Source: Macrostomum lignano
Taxonomy: Eukaryota
Assembly (NCBI GenBank): GCA_002269645.1
Contig: NIVC01000644.1
Location: forward strand, 1-64,000
Direction of reading: 5' to 3'
DNA length: 64,000 nucleotides
The translations under genes and the position numbers were made by a program. Below the pieces are notes generated by a model, which was not told the DNA's origin, did not search any database, and was given only the letters and a program-made list of their open reading frames with translations. Positions 58,808 through 64,000 of the stretch are shown here, in pieces; the first letter of the stretch is position 1; the number at the start of each line of letters is the position of its first letter.

Positions 58808-61800
58808 GGGGTGATTCTTAGGGTGTTTGAGGCGATTCTCAGACTCTTTGGGACGATTCTCAGGGTGTGTTTGAGGCGATTCTCAGACTCTTTGGGACGA
58901 TTCTCAGGGTGTGTTTAGGGCAATTCTCAGGGTGTGTTTGGGGCGATTCTCAGACTCTTTGGGACGATTCTCAGGGTGTGTTTGGGGCAATTCTCAGACT
59001 CTTTGGGACGATTCTCAGGGTGTGTTTGAGGCGATTCTCAGACTCTTTGGGACGATTCTCAGGGTGTGTATAGGGCAATTCTCAGGGTGTGTTTGGGGCG
59101 ATTCTCAGAGTGTGTTTGGGGCGATTCTCAGGGTGTGTTTAGGGCGATTCTCAGGGTGTGTTTAGGGCAATTCTCAGGGTGTGTTTGGGGCGATTCTCAG
59201 GGTGTGTTTAGGGCGATTCTCAGGGTGTGTTTAGGGCGATTCTCAGGGTGTGTTTAGGGCGATTCTCAGGGTGTGTTTGGGGCGATTCTCAGGGTGTGTT
59301 TGGGGCGATTCTCAGGGTGTGTTTGGGGCGATTCTCAGGGTGTGTTTAGGGCGATTCTCAGGGTGTGTTTGGGGCGATTCTCAGGGTGTGTTTGGGGCGA
59401 TTCTCAGGGTGTGTTTGGGGCGATTCTCAGGGTGTGTTTGGGGCGATTCTCAGACTCTTTGGGACGATTCTCAGGGTGTGTTTGGGGCGATTCTCAGACT
59501 CTTTGGGACGATTCTCAGGGTGTGTTTAGGGCAATTCTCAGGGTGTGTTTGAGGCGATTCTCACGGTGTGTTAGGACGATTCTCAGGGTGTGTTTAGGGC
59601 GATTCTCACGGTGTGTTTGGGGCGATTCTCCGGGTGTTTTCGGGGCGATTCTCACGGTGTGTTTGGGGCGATTCTCACGGTGTGTTAGGACGATTCTCAG
59701 GGTGTGTTTAGGGCGATTCTCACGGTGTGTTGGGGGCGATTCTCCGGGTGTGTTTGGGGCGATTCTCACGGTGTGTTCGGGGTGATTCTCACGGTGTCTT
59801 CGGGGCGATTCTCAGGGTGTGTTTAGGGCGATTGTCAGGGTGTGTTTAGGGCGATTTTCAGGGTGTGTTTAGGACGATTCTCACGGTGTGTTAGGACGAT
59901 TCTCAGGGTGTGTTTAGGGCGATTCTCACGGTGTGTTGGGGGCGATTCTCAGACTCTTTTGGGACGATTCTCAGGATGTTTTTAAGGCGATTCTCAAGGT
60001 GTTTTCGGGGCGATTCTCACGGTGTGTTTAGGGCGATTCTCACGGTGTGTTTGGGGCGATTCTCACGGTGTGTTAGGACGATTCTCAGGGTGTGTTTAGG
60101 GCGATTCTCACGGTGTGTTGGGGGCGATTCTCCGGGTGTGTTTGGAGCGATTCTCACGGTGTGTTCGGGGCGATTCTCACGGTGTGTTCGGGGCGATTCT
60201 CAGGGTGTGTTTAGGGCGATTGTCAGGGTGTGTTTAGGGCGATTGTCAGGGTGTGTTTAGGACGATTCTCACGGTGTGTTCGGGGCGATTGTCAGGGTGT
60301 GCTTAGGGCGATTCTCACGGTGTGTTGGGGGCGATTCTCAGGGTGTGTTTAGGGCGATTGTCAGGGTGTGTTTGGGGCGATTCTCAGGGTGTGTTTGGGG
60401 CGATTCTCAGGGTGTGTTTGGGGCGATTCTCAGGGTGTGTTTAGGGCGATTCTCAGGGTGTGTTTGGGGCGATTCTCAGGGTGTGTTTGGGGCGATTTTC
60501 AGGGTGTGTTTGGGGCGATTCTCAGACTCTTTGGGACGATTCTCAGGGTGTGTTTGGGGCGATTCTCAGACTCTTTGGGACGATTCTCAGGGTGTGTTTA
60601 GGGCAATTCTCAGGGTGTGTTTGAGGCGATTCTCACGGTGTGTTAGGACGATTCTCAGGGTGTGTTTAGGGCGATTCTCACGGTGTGTTGGGGCGATTCT
60701 CCGGGTGTTTTCGGGGCGATTCTCACGGTGTGTTTGGGGCGATTCTCACGGTGTGTTAGGACGATTATCAGGGTGTGTTTAGGGCGATTCTCACGGTGTG
60801 TTGGGGGCGATTCTCCGGGTGTGTTTGGGGCGATTCTCACGGTGTGTTCGGGGCGATTCTCAGGGTGTGTTCGGGGCGATTCTCAGGGTGTGTTTAGGGC
60901 GATTGTCAGGGTGTGTTTAGGGCGATTGTCAGGGTGTGTTTAGGACGATTCTCACGGTGTGTTAGGACGATTCTCAGGGTGTGTTTAGGGCGATTCTCAC
61001 GGTGTGTTGGGGGCGATTCTCCGGGTGTGTTTGGGGCGATTCTCAGACTCTTTTGGGACGATTCTCAGGATGTTTTTAAGGCGATTCTCAAGGTGTTTTC
61101 GGGGCGATTCTCACGGTGTGTTTAGGGCGATTCTCACGGTGTGTTTGGGGCGATTCTCACGGTGTGTTAGGACGATTCTCAGGGTGTGTTTAGGGCGATT
61201 CTCACGGTGTGTTGGGGGCGATTCTCCGGGTGTGTTTGGAGCGATTCTCACGGTGTGTTCGGGGCGATTCTCACGGTGTGTTCGGGGCGATTGTCAGGGT
61301 GTGTTTAGGGCGATTGTCAGGGTGTGTTTAGGACGATTCTCACGGTGTGTTCGGGGCGATTCTCACGGTGTGTTCGGGGCGATTTTCACGGTGTGTTCGG
61401 GGCGATTCTCAGGGTGTGTTTAGGGCGATTGTCAGGGTGTGTTTGGGGCGATTCTCAGGGTGTGTTTGGGGCGATTCTCAGGGTGTGTTTGGGGCGATTC
61501 TCACGGTGTGTTCGGGGCGATTCTCATGGTGTGTTCGGGGCGATTCTCAGGGTGTGTTTAGGGCGATTGTCAGGGTGTGTTTGGGGCGATTCTCAGGGTG
61601 TGTTTGGGGCGATTCTCAGACTCTTTGGGACGATTCTCAGGGTGTGTTTGGGGCGATTCTCAGACTCTTTGGGACGATTCTCAGGGTGTGTTTAGGACGA
61701 TTCTCACGGTGTGTTAGGACGATTCTCAGGGTGTGTTTAGGGCGATTCTCACGGTGTGTTTAGGGCGATTCTCACGGTGTGTTGGGGGCGATTCTCAGAC

Positions 61801-63925
61801 TCTTTTGGGACGATTCTCAGGATGTTTTTAAGGCGATTCTCAAGGTGTTTTCGGGGCGATTCTCACGGTGTGTTTAGGGCGATTCTCACGGTGTGTTTGG
61901 GGCGATTCTCACGGTGTGTTAGGACGATTATCAGGGTGTGTTTAGGGCGATTCTCACGGTGTGTTGGGGGCGATTCTCACGGTGTGTTGGGGGCGATTCT
62001 CCGGGTGTGTTTGGAGCGATTCTCACGGTGTGTTCGGGGCGATTCTCAGGGTGTGTTTAGGGCGATTGTCAGGGTGTGTTTAGGGCGATTGTCAGGGTGT
62101 GTTTAGGACGATTCTCACGGTGTGTTAGGACGATTCTCAGGGTGTGTTTAGGGCGATTCTCACGGTGTGTTGGGGGCGATTCTCCGGGTGTGTTTGGGGC
62201 GATTCTCACGGTGTGTTAGGACGATTCTCAGGGTGTGTTTAGGGCGATTCTCACGGTGTGTTGGGGGCGATTCTCCGGGTGTGTTTGGGGCGATTCTCAC
62301 GGTGTGTTCGGGGCGATTCTCACGGTGTGTTCGGGGCGATTCTCAGGGTGTGTTTAGGGCGATTGTCAGGGTGTGTTTAGGGCGATTGTCAGGGTGTGTT
62401 TAGGACGATTCTCACGGTGTGTTCGGGGCGATTCTCACGGTGTGTTCGGGGCGATTCTCACGGTGTGTTCGGGGCGATTCTCAGGGTGTGTTTAGGGCGA
62501 TTGTCAGGGTGTGTTTAGGGCGATTGTCAGGGTGTGTTTAGGGCGATTGTCAGGGTGTGTTTAGGACGATTCTCACGGTGTGTTCGGGGCGATTCTCACG
62601 GTGTGTTCGGGGCGATTCTCACGGTGTGTTCGGGGCGATTGTCAGGGTGTGTTTAGGGCGATTGTCAGGGTGTGTTTAGGGCGATTGTCAGGGTGTGTTT
62701 AGGACGATTCTCACGGTGTGTTTGGGCCGATTCTCAGGGTGTGTTTGGGCCGATTCTCACGGTGTGTTTGGGCCGATTCTCACGGTGTGTTCGGGGCGAT
62801 TCTCACGGTGTGTTTGGGGCGATTCTCACGGTGTGTTCGGGGCGATTGTCAGGGTGTGTTTAGGGTGATTGTCAGGGTGTGTTTAGGGCGATTGTCAGGG
62901 TGTGTTTAGGACGATTCTCACGGTGTGTTTGGGCCGATTCTCAGGGTGTGTTTGGGCCGATTCTCACGGTGTGTTTGGGGCGATTCTCAGGGTGTGTTTA
63001 GGGCGATTGTCAGGGTGTGTTTAGGGCGATTGTCAGGGTGTGTTTAGGGCGATTGTCAGGGTGTGTTTAGGACGATTCTCACGGTGTGTTCGGGGCGATT
63101 CTCACGGTGTGTTCGGGGCGATTCTCACGGTGTGTTCGGGGCGATTCTCAGGGTGTGTTTAGGGCGATTGTCAGGGTGTGTTTAGGGCGATTGTCAGGGT
63201 GTGTTTAGGGCGATTGTCAGGGGTGTTTAGGACGATTCTCACGGTGTGTTCGGGGCGATTCTCACGGTGTGTTCGGGGCGATTCTCACGGTGTGTTCGGG
63301 GCGATTGTCAGGGTGTGTTTAGGGCGATTGTCAGGGTGTGTTTAGGGCGATTGTCAGGGTGTGTTTAGGACGATTCTCACGGTGTGTTTGGGCCGATTCT
63401 CAGGGTGTGTTTGGGCCGATTCTCACGGTGTGTTTGGGCCGATTCTCACGGTGTGTTCGGGGCGATTCTCACGGTGTGTTCGGGGCGATTGTCAGGGTGT
63501 GTTTAGGGCGATTGTCAGGGTGTGTTTAGGGCGATTGTCAGGGTGTGTTTAGGACGATTCTCACGGTGTGTTTGGGCCGATTCTCAGGGTGTGTTTGGGC
63601 CGATTCTCACGGTGTGTTTGGGCCGATTCTCACGGTGTGTTCGGGGCGATTCTCACGGTGTGTTCGGGGCGATTCTCAGGGTGTGTTTAGGGCGATTGTC
63701 AGGGTGTGTTTAGGGCGATTGTCAGGGTGTGTTTAGGACGATTCTCACGGTGTGTTCGGGGCGATTCTCACGGTGTGTTCGGGGCGATTCTCATGGTGTG
63801 TTCGGGGCAATTCTCAGGGTGTGTTTAGGGCGATTGTCAGGGTGTGTTTAGGGCGATTGTCAGGGTGTGTTTAGGACGATTCTCAGGGTGTGTTTAGGAC
63901 GATTCTCAGGGTGTTCGGGGCGATT
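58808..63925. repeat. 5.1-kb ~23-bp satellite (GGGGCGATTCTCAGGGTGTGTTT) with higher-order duplications
   Basis: Direct reading; a diagnostic variant block recurs at 59951, 61045 and 61797. Confidence 0.96.
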
Positions 63926-64000
63926 TTGTTGGCCGTTAGCGGTTCCAACCAACCAACCAATCATCAAAATGTTGAATTTGGCAGAATATCAAAGTTTAAT

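Noticed and set aside
55326-63736. Dozens of short ORFs (GAILT, RIAPV, GRFSGCV)
   Set aside because: Satellite translations.

Overview
This is eukaryotic (animal) genomic DNA: spliced GT-AG genes with GC-rich, poly-Q/P/A exons embedded in roughly 35 micro- and minisatellite arrays that cover about half of the window. The style recalls repeat-rich flatworm genomes such as Macrostomum, but that is inference only. Two tandem minus-strand paralogs of the brakeless/scribbler (ZNF608/ZNF609) corepressor family can be assembled by hand. Paralog A is compact, with 2 exons (18652-18254, 17605-15680; about 774 aa) and the full family motif set. Paralog B has 4 coding exons (53494-53174, 49292-49148, 40372-39386, 38386-38355; about 494 aa) spread over 15 kb of repeat-bloated introns. 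The most unusual observation is that paralog B's splice signals are themselves embedded in repeats or structure. The intron-2 donor is the first unit of a ~1.7-kb minisatellite of near-consensus 5' splice sites, re-seeded twice by a 1.68-kb triplication. The 3' end of that intron is an array of branch-point-like and acceptor-like 16-mers. The intron-1 donor sits in a possible two-state hairpin. Also present are a clean hAT-type MITE with an 8-bp TSD, two foldback-like pairs of inverted minisatellite arms, and a family of GGCGCC/TGGTGCT minisatellites that may originate inside MITEs. Almost all other long ORFs in the supplied track are repeat artefacts. No rRNA, tRNA or CRISPR features were found.
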